The notes beneath the pieces are model-generated. The model saw nothing but the letters and a program-made list of their open reading frames with translations, had not been told where the DNA came from and searched no databases. From IMG/VR virus record IMGVR_UViG_3300001505_000001: DNA of 64,000 nucleotides; one strand, written 5' to 3'. Every line of letters starts with the position of its first letter. The stretch's first letter is position 1. A program made the position numbers and the translations under genes. Origin of the DNA: a virus. Below are positions 26,851-36,972 of the stretch, in pieces.

Positions 26851-29800
26851 ATGCCAGCTAATGGAAAGGTCGTTGGTAAATTAGTCGCACAGCTTGATTT
26901 ACAAACAGCAGGATTTATGAAATCAACAACAGGCGTAAATAAAGCTATCAGACAAATTCGTTCCAACTTAAAAACATTAGACAAATTTTATAAAGCTAGT
27001 GGCGATGAAATGAATCGTCTTAACTCTAAATATAAACAATCCAAAATCTTAATGGAAACATATAAAGAAAAACTTAATGGATTAAAAAAAGAGTTAAGTA
27101 GCTTAAAACCTAACACACAAGCGTTTGTTAAACAACAAAGTCAAATTAGACGTACAGAAGCAGACATGAAGCAATTAGAAGCTGAAATGAAAAATTATCG
27201 TAAGCAAATGCTTTATGTTAACTCATCTATAGACCAAGCGAATGCTAAATATAAATCTCATAAAGCAGTTCTTGAAGCAAATAGAAAAATTGCTGTTGCT
27301 CAAGGAAATGCAGAAAAGAAATTAAGATACGATAAAAAATTAATGGCAGCACAGATTCAAAGAAATAATGAGGTGCTAAAAGGAGAACGAGTAATACTTG
27401 GTAGAATACGTTCAACTTTAGGTATCACAAGCAATGAATATAAAGAACAAGCTGCTAAAGTTAAACAGTTAAAAGCAGAAAATGTTGGATTAACTGCTTC
27501 AATGAAATCTGTCAACAGACAAATGTTGGCATATAGAGCATCACAAAAAAACATGAACGCTGGATTAAATCGTAGTTTGAATTTTATGAAACAAAATAAA
27601 GCTGGATTAATTGATGTAAGAAACAGTTTAATGGGTCTTACAGCAGCAGCTACAGGTGTAGCCTATCCGATTGCTAGAGCTTTTGGTGGAGCAATCAAGG
27701 CAACGGTACAATGGGAAGATGCTCAAGCAAACGTAGCAAAAACTACAAATGCTAGTAAAGCAGAGATGCAAGATTATTCTAAGAGTATTAGAAATATGGC
27801 AAAAGAAATGCCAGAATCACAAGCAGAAATTGCAAACACTATGGCAATGGCAGCACAATTAGGTGTTAAGAACCTAAAAGGATTTACTAAAGTTGCTACA
27901 CAAATGAGTGTTGCTACAGACATGACAGCAGAAGATGCAGCAACAAGTATGGCAAGATTTGCAAACGCCACAGGAAAACCTAATTCAGATTTTAAAAAAT
28001 TAGGTAGTACAGTTGTTCAATTAGGGAACAATATGGCAACACAAGAATCAACTCTTATGAACTTTGCTCAACGTTTAGCAGGTACAGCAACAGTCGTTGG
28101 CGTAAGTCAAAAAGACATTATGGCACTATCTGCGGCTATGGCTTCGGTTGGTATTAACGCCGAATCCGGTGGCTCTGCAATGTCTAAAGTTCTTACAAAA
28201 ATGAACAATGCCGTTAAAGACGGTGGGGAGAAACTTCAAGGCTTTGCAAAAGTAGCAGGAATGTCTGGTCAAGAGTTTGCTGAGGTATGGAGAAAAGACC
28301 CATATAAAGCAGTACAACAATTTGAAGAAGGGTTAGCTAACCAAAACAAACAAGGTAAAAACGTTAAAGCAATGCTTAAAGATTTAGGTATTACTGAATT
28401 ACGTGAAACTGATACAGTATTACGTTTAGCTAACGGTAACAAACAATTACAAACTGCTAGAGAAAATGCAAACAAAGGGTATAAAGAAGGTAACGCACTT
28501 TCTAAAGAAGCTGAAACTAAGTATAAAACTTTAGGAAATCAAATGAAAATCTTTATGAACCATGTTAGAGATTTAGGTATTTCTTTAGGTTCAGCACTTG
28601 CACCAGCATTAATTGGTATTATGAAAGTATTAACACCTTTAGTTGACGCATTAGCTAAAGCACCAACACCCGTCAAAGCATTTGTCGCAGCATTGGCACT
28701 GATTCCAGTTATTGCTGTCCCAGTATTGGGTGTAGCAGCAGCTATTACAGGTGCTATGGGATTAGTCGGACAATCAATGTTGGTAGCAGAAAAGGCGGCA
28801 ATGTCAAGTTCCAGAGGATTAAGATTCTTTGTAGCTACACAAAAATTGATGTTTAGCCCTATTAAGACTACTACACAAATGTTACAAAATTTAGCAGCAA
28901 GTTTCGGAAGAACTGGAAAAGCTAGCAAAGTAATGGCAGCAGAAACTGTCGCTTCTGAAAAGGCAGTAGAAGCGTCAAGTGTAGGAATGAGCCGAGTAGC
29001 TAGAAACTCTAACACAGCTAGTAAATCTATGCAAGGTGCAGGAGTTGCTATGGCTTCAACAGGTAAAAAAGCATCATTTACTAGTAAATTATTTGGCGGT
29101 TTGAAAAAAGTTATTGGTCCACTTATCGGAATGGGCGGATTACTTACAGCTGCATTTGAGGCTTTAGCCGCAGTGATAGGAGCTCTTTCAGCGCCGATAC
29201 TAGCAATTGTAGCCGCAGTTGCCGCAGTAGGTGTTGCATTTGTAGTTGCTTATAAGAAAGTAAAATGGTTTAGAGACGGAATCAACGGACTTGTTTATGT
29301 TCTTAAAGTTTTTGCAGGCGGAATAGTATCAAGTACAGTTAATGGAATTAAGTCTCTTGGACGTTGGTTCGGTTGGCTTGGTGGAATTGTTAAAGATAAA
29401 GCAACTTCTGCTATTAAGTCTTGGTGGAAATCTTTACCACAAGACAGCGACATTAAACAACAAGTTAAGGCTGTTCAATCTGTAGGAAACAGTTTTAAAA
29501 ACGTAATGAAAACATTAGGAACTGCTACACACAAAGCGACGGATGTTTCAAACGTTTTAGGTAAAGGTGTTTCTAAAGGAACTAAACAAGCATTAAATAA
29601 TTTCGTTGATTATTCAGAGAAATCTGATAAAATATTAGCTGAGATTAAAAATAATCACGGTAGAATAACAACAGAAGAAAAAAATAAATTATTACAAATA
29701 CAACAAGATACTACTAAAGATTTAATGTCAGAGTTTGAAAAGAGAGCTAAAGGTCAATTAGATATAGAACGTAAAGTTTTCTCTCAAAATAGTGGACTTT

Positions 29801-32800
29801 CAGAGAAACAAGAACAAGCTATCTTACAGAGAACTGAAAAACGTTTCAGTAAAAGTAAACAAAAATTAACGGAAATCAACAAAGAAATTCAAGAACTTGT
29901 TAATAAACAAGCAAGAGATGGCAAATTAAGCGGCAAGGAAATGAAAAGACTTAACCAACTATACGACGAACAACGTAAGTTAGCTGTCGGAACTCTTTCT
30001 TCAACTGACAAAGAACAGAAACGTATTCTTTCAAGAATGTCAGCGAACAGAGAAGCATATAATGTTAAAGAAGCTCAATCTATAGTAAAAGAAGCTATTA
30101 AGGCAAGAGATAATGCTAAAAAAGAAAATAAAAAACGATACGACCAAGAAGTAGACCATATTAATAGTATGACAGACTTATCTAAAACTGAAAAAGAAAA
30201 AATGTTAAAAGATGCTGATGATAGATATAGAAAAGCTAATAAAAAAGCTGACGATAACCATAAGAAAGTTTTAGACGGCGTTAAGAAAAGCAACGAAGAT
30301 ATAGAAACAGAAATGGATTTATCTAACGGAAAAGTATACAGTAACGCAGAGAAATGGTGGGAAAAAACTAAGAAAGGTTTTGGCAATTTCTTTGGCGATA
30401 TTGGAAAATCCTTCTCTGACATGGGTAAATCATGGAAGAAAAATTGGGATGAAATGATAAGTGATATATCTAGCGTTGATTGGTCTGGTATGTGGGACGG
30501 TATTAAAAATACCGGTTCCAATATCGGTGGTTGGTTCTCTGAAAAAGGACAAGAATTTGCTAAATCATTTAAAGGCGGTTGGGATGAAACTGTCACTAGA
30601 TTAGGAGATTTATGGTCTAAATTGAAAGGGACTGGTTCAAATCTAGGAACTTGGTTTGCTGAAAAAGGTCGACAATGGTATACTGACTTTAAAGATAGTT
30701 GGGAAACGACTAAACAGACTGCTGGAGACCTTTGGGCTGGTATTAAAAATACTGGTGCTGGACTAGGCGAGTGGTTTGGTAAAAAAGGCGCACAGTGGTA
30801 TAATAACTTTAAAAGTCAATGGGACTTAGCTAAATCAACCGCTGGAGATTTATGGAATGGAATCAAATCCACAGGGGCTAACTTAGGTCAATGGTTTGGT
30901 CAAAAAGGTGGTCAATTGTGGGGTGCTCTAAAATCTGGTTGGACTAATGCTGTAAATACTACAGGAAATCTTTGGGGCACTATTACTGGAAAAATGGCTA
31001 CCGGTTGGGAATCTGTAAAAGGCTGGTTCGCAACAAAAGGTTCTCAAATGGTGTCTGCTATTGTACAAGGTTGGAACTCTACTGTTCATACAGTAGGCAC
31101 TGCATTTGGTACTCTTTGGGGTACCGTAAAACGAATTTGGTCTGGAATGACTGGAACAATAAGATACTGGTCTGGTGTAATTTGGGCTAGAGTTAAGACT
31201 GTATTTGGTTGGATTGGCAATAAGATTAGCGGTTCTTTAGGAGCAGCTTGGAAGAGAGTACAAATTATTTGGAAGGGTATTAAAGGTACTTTCACTTATT
31301 GGACTGGAGTTATCTGGACTAGAGTTAAAACCGTATTTAACTGGATTAAAGGTAAAATAAGTGGCGCTTTAATGGGTGCATGGAAATCAGTACAAAGAAT
31401 CTGGAAAGGTATGAAAGGCACATTCTCCTACTGGACTGGAGCTATCTGGAACCGTGTAAAATCAGTGTTTGGTTGGATTAAAAATAGAATCGGCTCAACA
31501 CTAAACGACGCTTGGAAAATTGTACGACGTGTTTGGAAAGGTATCAAAGGTACGATAACTTATTGGACAGGTGCTATTTGGAATAGAATCAAGTCTATTT
31601 TTGGCTCAATCAAGAATAGAATAGGTTCTACAATGAATGCCGCATGGAAGATTATGCAAAGAATCTGGAAGGGTATTAAAGGTACAGTAACATACTGGAC
31701 TGGAGCTATACTTGGTAGAGTAAAATCTATTTTTGGAACAATGAAAAATACTATTTCTAAAATAATGAATAGAATCAAATCTATTATGTCAAATATTTGG
31801 CGTTCTATCAAGAGAAATAGTGTTGATTTAATGACTGGTATGTGGAACAGAATCAAGAGCGTATTCAACAATATGGTTGACGGAGTCAAAACTTTCGGTT
31901 CATCTGTTAAAAAACATATTGGAGATATGGTTGGTGGCGTTAAAAAAGGTCTTAACGGATTAATTAACGGTGTTAACTGGGTCGGAGGAAAATTAGGTAT
32001 AGATAAAAAAATACCTAAACTTTCTGTTGGTACAGAATCTACTCATACACAAAACTTTGTGAAAAATGGAGCTATCAGCACTCCAACACTAGCAACTGTT
32101 AACGATAAAGGACCTGGTAATGGTACTGGTAGAAATGGACACCAAGAATTAATTCAACGTAAAAACGGTTCATTATTTGCGCCACAAGGAAAAGACGTAG
32201 TAGTTCCATTAAATAAAGGCGATAAAGTTATTAATGGTAAAACTACTCAAAGAATGAGTAAACAAGGTCTTATTCCTAAGTTTTCTCGTGGTACTGATGA
32301 GGGAGACCTTGTCAGAAGAAGCATGTTAAAAGACGCAAAAAGAGCAAAACGTAAACAAAAAAGAAAACATAATCATAGTCATGGTATAGACGCCGGAGAA
32401 ATGATGGGTCAAGGCGGCATGGGCGGTGCTGCAAAAGAAGCATGGAAATATGTAGAAGACAAAACCAAAAATATTGGTAAGAAAACTGGTAAAACAGTTT
32501 CATCATTGAGTAACGGCGCACAAAAAATGCTTAACACTTCTAAAGAAGCACTAGGTGCTGCTGGAGATTGGGCTAAGAAAAAAGCCGGAGACTTAATGGA
32601 TTATGTTGGACATCCAGGCAAACTTTTACAAAAAGTAATGAGTGAGTTTGGTGCTGACTTTAGTATGGTTAAAGGGGAAATCCCTTCTATGCTTTGGGAC
32701 GCAATGTGGAAACGTCTAAAAGAAGCTGTAGAATCATTATTCAATGACTGGTTAGACGATGCTATGGAAGGCGATGGCGACGGTAAATATATCAAATATC

Positions 32801-33918
32801 TTGATAATATCACTACGCCATATAGTCCTAATGGACCACCACCAGGCTATGCGTTTAATTGGGCGCATCCTGGTATTGACTTACCTTATATATACGAAAA
32901 AGTTCAAACACCATTAGAAGGTAAAGTTCAAACTAAAGATACTGGTAATGTTGGATTCGGTCATCATGTCGTTGTTAAAGCGAAGCCTTATGACGCATAT
33001 TTCGGTCATATGAGTAAATGGTCAGTTAAGAATGGACAACACGTAAAACCAGGAGATGTACTTGGTATATCTGGTAACACAGGTTCAAGTACAGGACCAC
33101 ACTTACACTATGAAATGAACAAGCACGGAATGGGTTCTATGACTGGTCACTCTATCGACCCTGTTAAGTGGTTAAAATCACATAACGGAAGTAAAGGTGG
33201 ACGTGGCGGTGTAAACAAATCTGCAAGCGCTTGGTCTGGAGATATCAGACGTGCTGCTAAACAAATGCACACAAGCGTTTCTTCTAGTGATGTTAGCCGA
33301 ATTGTTAGCCTTATCCAACATGAATCTGGTGGTAACGCTGGAGTAACACAATCTAGTGGATTACGAGATATTAACGTATTACAAGGTAATCCAGCGAAAG
33401 GTCTATTACAATTTATTCCACAAACATTTAGACACTATGCTGTTCGTGGTCATGGTAACATTATGAGTGGTTATGACCAATTACTTGCATTCTTCAATAA
33501 TAAATATTGGAGAAGCCAATTTAACCCAGGTGGCGGTTGGTCTCCTAGTGGACCTAGAAGATATGCAAATGGTGGCATGATTAAGAAACATGGTTTATAT
33601 GAAGCTGGAGAAGGTAATAGACCAGAAATGGTATTACCACTCACTAAGAAAAATCGTTCTATGCAATTAATCGAACAAGCCAAATCGTTCATGGGAATTA
33701 AAGATGACCCCGTTTCTGTTGATAATGGCAACGGTGCTATAGATATTATAGCAAAACTCTTAGAACAAAACAATAGATTATTAGAAACTATTGTTAATGT
33801 AGTAGACAATAAGGAATTAGTTGTTGACGGACAGGCTATTACAAATAGTGTCAGTCAGAACTTAGGTAGTAAATATAATCAGTCTAGCTACCATCGTGGC
33901 AAGAAACACAAAAGATAA
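26851..33918 (+). CDS. tape measure protein (2355 aa) with two tandem-repeat tracts, a peptidase M23 domain and a lytic transglycosylase (SLT) domain
   Basis: SD aaggag 9 nt before the ATG at 26851. Coiled-coil N-terminus, TM helices. M23 motifs HPGIDL ... GHHVVV ... GPHLHYE around 32870-33120. SLT-like LIQHESGGNAGV at about 33300. Confidence 0.85.
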   Translation: MPANGKVVGKLVAQLDLQTAGFMKSTTGVNKAIRQIRSNLKTLDKFYKASGDEMNRLNSKYKQSKILMETYKEKLNGLKKELSSLKPNTQAFVKQQSQIRRTEADMKQLEAEMKNYRKQMLYVNSSIDQANAKYKSHKAVLEANRKIAVAQGNAEKKLRYDKKLMAAQIQRNNEVLKGERVILGRIRSTLGITSNEYKEQAAKVKQLKAENVGLTASMKSVNRQMLAYRASQKNMNAGLNRSLNFMKQNKAGLIDVRNSLMGLTAAATGVAYPIARAFGGAIKATVQWEDAQANVAKTTNASKAEMQDYSKSIRNMAKEMPESQAEIANTMAMAAQLGVKNLKGFTKVATQMSVATDMTAEDAATSMARFANATGKPNSDFKKLGSTVVQLGNNMATQESTLMNFAQRLAGTATVVGVSQKDIMALSAAMASVGINAESGGSAMSKVLTKMNNAVKDGGEKLQGFAKVAGMSGQEFAEVWRKDPYKAVQQFEEGLANQNKQGKNVKAMLKDLGITELRETDTVLRLANGNKQLQTARENANKGYKEGNALSKEAETKYKTLGNQMKIFMNHVRDLGISLGSALAPALIGIMKVLTPLVDALAKAPTPVKAFVAALALIPVIAVPVLGVAAAITGAMGLVGQSMLVAEKAAMSSSRGLRFFVATQKLMFSPIKTTTQMLQNLAASFGRTGKASKVMAAETVASEKAVEASSVGMSRVARNSNTASKSMQGAGVAMASTGKKASFTSKLFGGLKKVIGPLIGMGGLLTAAFEALAAVIGALSAPILAIVAAVAAVGVAFVVAYKKVKWFRDGINGLVYVLKVFAGGIVSSTVNGIKSLGRWFGWLGGIVKDKATSAIKSWWKSLPQDSDIKQQVKAVQSVGNSFKNVMKTLGTATHKATDVSNVLGKGVSKGTKQALNNFVDYSEKSDKILAEIKNNHGRITTEEKNKLLQIQQDTTKDLMSEFEKRAKGQLDIERKVFSQNSGLSEKQEQAILQRTEKRFSKSKQKLTEINKEIQELVNKQARDGKLSGKEMKRLNQLYDEQRKLAVGTLSSTDKEQKRILSRMSANREAYNVKEAQSIVKEAIKARDNAKKENKKRYDQEVDHINSMTDLSKTEKEKMLKDADDRYRKANKKADDNHKKVLDGVKKSNEDIETEMDLSNGKVYSNAEKWWEKTKKGFGNFFGDIGKSFSDMGKSWKKNWDEMISDISSVDWSGMWDGIKNTGSNIGGWFSEKGQEFAKSFKGGWDETVTRLGDLWSKLKGTGSNLGTWFAEKGRQWYTDFKDSWETTKQTAGDLWAGIKNTGAGLGEWFGKKGAQWYNNFKSQWDLAKSTAGDLWNGIKSTGANLGQWFGQKGGQLWGALKSGWTNAVNTTGNLWGTITGKMATGWESVKGWFATKGSQMVSAIVQGWNSTVHTVGTAFGTLWGTVKRIWSGMTGTIRYWSGVIWARVKTVFGWIGNKISGSLGAAWKRVQIIWKGIKGTFTYWTGVIWTRVKTVFNWIKGKISGALMGAWKSVQRIWKGMKGTFSYWTGAIWNRVKSVFGWIKNRIGSTLNDAWKIVRRVWKGIKGTITYWTGAIWNRIKSIFGSIKNRIGSTMNAAWKIMQRIWKGIKGTVTYWTGAILGRVKSIFGTMKNTISKIMNRIKSIMSNIWRSIKRNSVDLMTGMWNRIKSVFNNMVDGVKTFGSSVKKHIGDMVGGVKKGLNGLINGVNWVGGKLGIDKKIPKLSVGTESTHTQNFVKNGAISTPTLATVNDKGPGNGTGRNGHQELIQRKNGSLFAPQGKDVVVPLNKGDKVINGKTTQRMSKQGLIPKFSRGTDEGDLVRRSMLKDAKRAKRKQKRKHNHSHGIDAGEMMGQGGMGGAAKEAWKYVEDKTKNIGKKTGKTVSSLSNGAQKMLNTSKEALGAAGDWAKKKAGDLMDYVGHPGKLLQKVMSEFGADFSMVKGEIPSMLWDAMWKRLKEAVESLFNDWLDDAMEGDGDGKYIKYLDNITTPYSPNGPPPGYAFNWAHPGIDLPYIYEKVQTPLEGKVQTKDTGNVGFGHHVVVKAKPYDAYFGHMSKWSVKNGQHVKPGDVLGISGNTGSSTGPHLHYEMNKHGMGSMTGHSIDPVKWLKSHNGSKGGRGGVNKSASAWSGDIRRAAKQMHTSVSSSDVSRIVSLIQHESGGNAGVTQSSGLRDINVLQGNPAKGLLQFIPQTFRHYAVRGHGNIMSGYDQLLAFFNNKYWRSQFNPGGGWSPSGPRRYANGGMIKKHGLYEAGEGNRPEMVLPLTKKNRSMQLIEQAKSFMGIKDDPVSVDNGNGAIDIIAKLLEQNNRLLETIVNVVDNKELVVDGQAITNSVSQNLGSKYNQSSYHRGKKHKR
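30480..31880 (+). repeat. Two families of in-frame tandem protein repeats inside TMP: ~37-aa GDLWxGIKNTGxNLGxWFxxKGxQWYxxFKxxWD x4, then ~40-aa IWKGIKGTxTYWTGAIWNRVKSxFGWIKNRIGSTxNxAWK x6
   Basis: Direct reading of the translated TMP. W/G-rich periodic units. Confidence 0.7.
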
Positions 33919-33931
33919 GGAGATGTAATTA

Positions 33932-34768
33932 ATGGCAGGAGATAGATGGGTAAAGGTAATTAAGCCTAATAAAAGTGATATTTTATTAACAGACATTCCA
34001 GGTCTCCATTTTCTGGAATGGAATATCCCATCTCCTGTTACTAATTCACAAGAACTAGAATTAACAGGCATTGACGGTGTTCTTCCTAGTAGGAACACCT
34101 ACGGTGCTTTTGATTTAGAATTGTTATTTTATTTTGCTGGAACAGATTCTAAAGATTTGAATTTATTCTCTCAAAGAATGAAAAGTCTAGTAAATGAGAG
34201 AGACCCTTTTTATATAGTTCATTCTGATATGCCTAGATTTAAATATGCTGTAAATTCAGCTGAAATCGAGTATGATAAAATAACAGTAGCAGATATGAAT
34301 TTCACAATTAAATTTCATTGCTATAAAGGATATGCAGAATCTTTGTACAGTACAAAACATTATAGTCTGTCAGATGATAATTGGCAATTCCAAAGTGGAT
34401 TAGTAACTGATGAGGAGATTAAATATACTTTTCATTCAAATGGATTTAAAGTATTTAATGGCGGAGATGATGAAATCAATCCATTATATAGACATAATTT
34501 AAAAATATATATTAATGTAGATGCTCCAAATGGTTTCACTATTAGGAACAAAACTAATGGTACGTCTTTGACTTATAAAGGTAGCCTTAAAAAGAATAGA
34601 ACTTTTGTTATAAATGGAATCTATTCTATTATAGATAATAAAAGAGTTGGGAAAGATACTGATTATGGTATTATTACTTTAGAACAAGGATATAATGATA
34701 TTGAAATAGATGGAACTTCAATAGGTTCAGCAAAATGTAGATTTGATTTTAACTTTATTTATAGATAA
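33932..34768 (+). CDS. distal tail protein (Dit)
   Basis: 278 aa directly after TMP, canonical siphovirus order. Confidence 0.65.
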   Translation: MAGDRWVKVIKPNKSDILLTDIPGLHFLEWNIPSPVTNSQELELTGIDGVLPSRNTYGAFDLELLFYFAGTDSKDLNLFSQRMKSLVNERDPFYIVHSDMPRFKYAVNSAEIEYDKITVADMNFTIKFHCYKGYAESLYSTKHYSLSDDNWQFQSGLVTDEEIKYTFHSNGFKVFNGGDDEINPLYRHNLKIYINVDAPNGFTIRNKTNGTSLTYKGSLKKNRTFVINGIYSIIDNKRVGKDTDYGIITLEQGYNDIEIDGTSIGSAKCRFDFNFIYR

Positions 34769-34781
34769 GGGAGGTAGAAGA

Positions 34782-36338
34782 ATGCACGAAGAAATTCTAA
34801 TTATAGAAGATGAAAATAAAAACGTATCAGAACCGTTTATTGATTATTTATATGAATCTTTTAGCTATGAACATGAAGAAAACGGTGCTCGTTCTATCTC
34901 TTTTACTGCCTATAAAACAGATGAAAATCAAGATGTCTATTATTATTTAGTTAATGATAATTATATTATATATGCAGGACAATATTTTGTTATTAAAAAT
35001 GTAGCTGTAAAATCAGATAATACAAGTATACAAGCTGACATAACTGCTGAACACATAATGTTTGAATTGCAAAATCATTATATAGAAAAGGAAAATGAAG
35101 AAGACGCAACAGTTGAAGTTAGTGATGACACGGAATCCGAAACTGAAAAAGTAATAACAATGACGGCAAAAGAATATATAGAAAATGGTTTAAAAGATAA
35201 TAAATTAGGATATACTTTTGAATTTATTGGTAAACATGATGTTAAGAAAAAAGTTGATTCTCTTGGAGAAAAGAATGGTATGGAATATTTAACTTCTGGA
35301 GCCGAGACATTTGGCTATATTTATTTTGCCGATAATAAAAATATAAAAATATATGACCAAAAATCATACGGAACAGTAAGTGACACTGTTATTAGATATA
35401 AGTATAATACGTCTAATATGGAGCTTACTATGAACTCTGCGGATGTTAAAACAGCAATTAAAGGATATGGTAAAAAAATATCTGATAAGGAATTAAAAAA
35501 TTACAATGATAAAAAAACTAAAGATATGGAATTAAATGGTAATTTTATAAAAAATGGAACATGGAGAACAGAAAATATAGGAGATAGTTATTCATACACA
35601 CTGGATTGTAAGTGGGGAGATGAAACATTAATTTGGACACTTAAAAAAATGTCTAAAGGTGGGACATTAGATGTTTATCTTGACAACAAAAAAATAGGTA
35701 GTTATGATTGTTATAGTGAAAATGCTAAAACAGAAAAGAAAACACTTACTAAAAACCTTTCAAAAGGTAAACATACATTTAAAGCAGTGTTTACTGGAAA
35801 GAAAAATGGTGTTGATTATAAAAAATCAAAACCTTGTATGTATATAGGAACTGAAAAATCTGTTGTTCTTAAAACAGAAAGTAAAAGAACACCAGAGAAA
35901 ACTTATCATGTTGTATCTGAGTATCGTTCTCCTAACTTTAATCCTAAGTTACCAAAATACGCACCTTCTGTTTATTCAGAAGATGTAGTTGATAAAAAAG
36001 ATTTAGATGAAGAATTAAAAGAAACATTACAAGATAAACCAGTTATAGAATTATCCGTTACTTATAACGGACTTGAAAAATTTCAAGAAGATAGTATTAT
36101 AAGATTTATACATGAACCTACAGGAATTAGTGATGATTTAAGAGTTGTTAGTTTCAAAAAGTCTTTAGACTTAATGAATCAACCATTAGAGATTGGTTTT
36201 AGTAATGCTAAGACAGATATTATAAAAATACAACAACAAATAGATAACAATATAAAACTTGCGACAACGCCATTGGGATATGGTAATTCAGCGCCGATTT
36301 ATTCTTCGGTTATAGGGAGTGTATTAGTAGATGAGTAG
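34782..36338 (+). CDS. tail-associated lysin / baseplate hub protein (Tal)
   Basis: SD gggaggtag plus ATG at 34782 (the track ORF begins at TTG 34743). Canonical position after Dit. Confidence 0.6.
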   Translation: MHEEILIIEDENKNVSEPFIDYLYESFSYEHEENGARSISFTAYKTDENQDVYYYLVNDNYIIYAGQYFVIKNVAVKSDNTSIQADITAEHIMFELQNHYIEKENEEDATVEVSDDTESETEKVITMTAKEYIENGLKDNKLGYTFEFIGKHDVKKKVDSLGEKNGMEYLTSGAETFGYIYFADNKNIKIYDQKSYGTVSDTVIRYKYNTSNMELTMNSADVKTAIKGYGKKISDKELKNYNDKKTKDMELNGNFIKNGTWRTENIGDSYSYTLDCKWGDETLIWTLKKMSKGGTLDVYLDNKKIGSYDCYSENAKTEKKTLTKNLSKGKHTFKAVFTGKKNGVDYKKSKPCMYIGTEKSVVLKTESKRTPEKTYHVVSEYRSPNFNPKLPKYAPSVYSEDVVDKKDLDEELKETLQDKPVIELSVTYNGLEKFQEDSIIRFIHEPTGISDDLRVVSFKKSLDLMNQPLEIGFSNAKTDIIKIQQQIDNNIKLATTPLGYGNSAPIYSSVIGSVLVDE

Positions 36339-36960
36339 ATATATTGATATAAGGAATTTGCAAGATAGTAAAGGAAATGTATATTATCCACAGACACATG
36401 CAGAAGCAGTAGAAGGTCTTGATGTGAATGATATTGAGAATTCTATTACTGAGCTTGAAGGTAGTGTAAACACTATAAATGAAACTTTGTCACAAAAAGC
36501 TGATGATTCTCAACAACAAGACGCAATGAATCAGCAACAAGAAAAAATAGATGGTTTAGATAAAAACATTCAATTCTTAAATTCTGCATTATCAGATGTA
36601 GTAGGAGACACTGGTTGGAAAGATTATCAAGTAGCAAAGGGATTCGATAAGAATGGTGGCTTAAAAAGTGGTTTTGAATGTGGAATTAGAGAGATAAGAA
36701 TTGGAAACAAACAATCTCCTATAGTGAGAATAAGAACGATAAGAATAAACATAGGACTACTACCACATAACCTACCTGTTGCAAAACTCCCAATAGGATT
36801 TGTTGATGAAGTCATTCGATTTGTTCCAGGTGTTAGTAGTGGACACACTCCACCAGTAATCGGGATTGACCCAGACGGAACGGTAAAAGTATATTTCCCA
36901 TCAGAAGACAGAGACGGAAATCAATGGGTTTATGGACAGTATACATGGATTGTAAATTAA
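36331..36960 (+). CDS. tail/baseplate protein (209 aa)
   Basis: Overlapping start. N-terminal coiled-coil. Confidence 0.5.
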   Translation: MSRYIDIRNLQDSKGNVYYPQTHAEAVEGLDVNDIENSITELEGSVNTINETLSQKADDSQQQDAMNQQQEKIDGLDKNIQFLNSALSDVVGDTGWKDYQVAKGFDKNGGLKSGFECGIREIRIGNKQSPIVRIRTIRINIGLLPHNLPVAKLPIGFVDEVIRFVPGVSSGHTPPVIGIDPDGTVKVYFPSEDRDGNQWVYGQYTWIVN

Positions 36961-36972
36961 GAAAGGTGGTAA

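Noticed and set aside
27357-33809. About a dozen 60-170 aa ORFs on the minus strand (and alternative + frames) inside the tape measure gene (e.g., 28539-29015, 30075-30596, 31560-31889, 33471-33809)
   Set aside because: They are fully embedded antisense or off-frame in a clearly coding 7-kb gene. Their low-complexity composition mirrors the TMP repeats, and there are no RBS signals.
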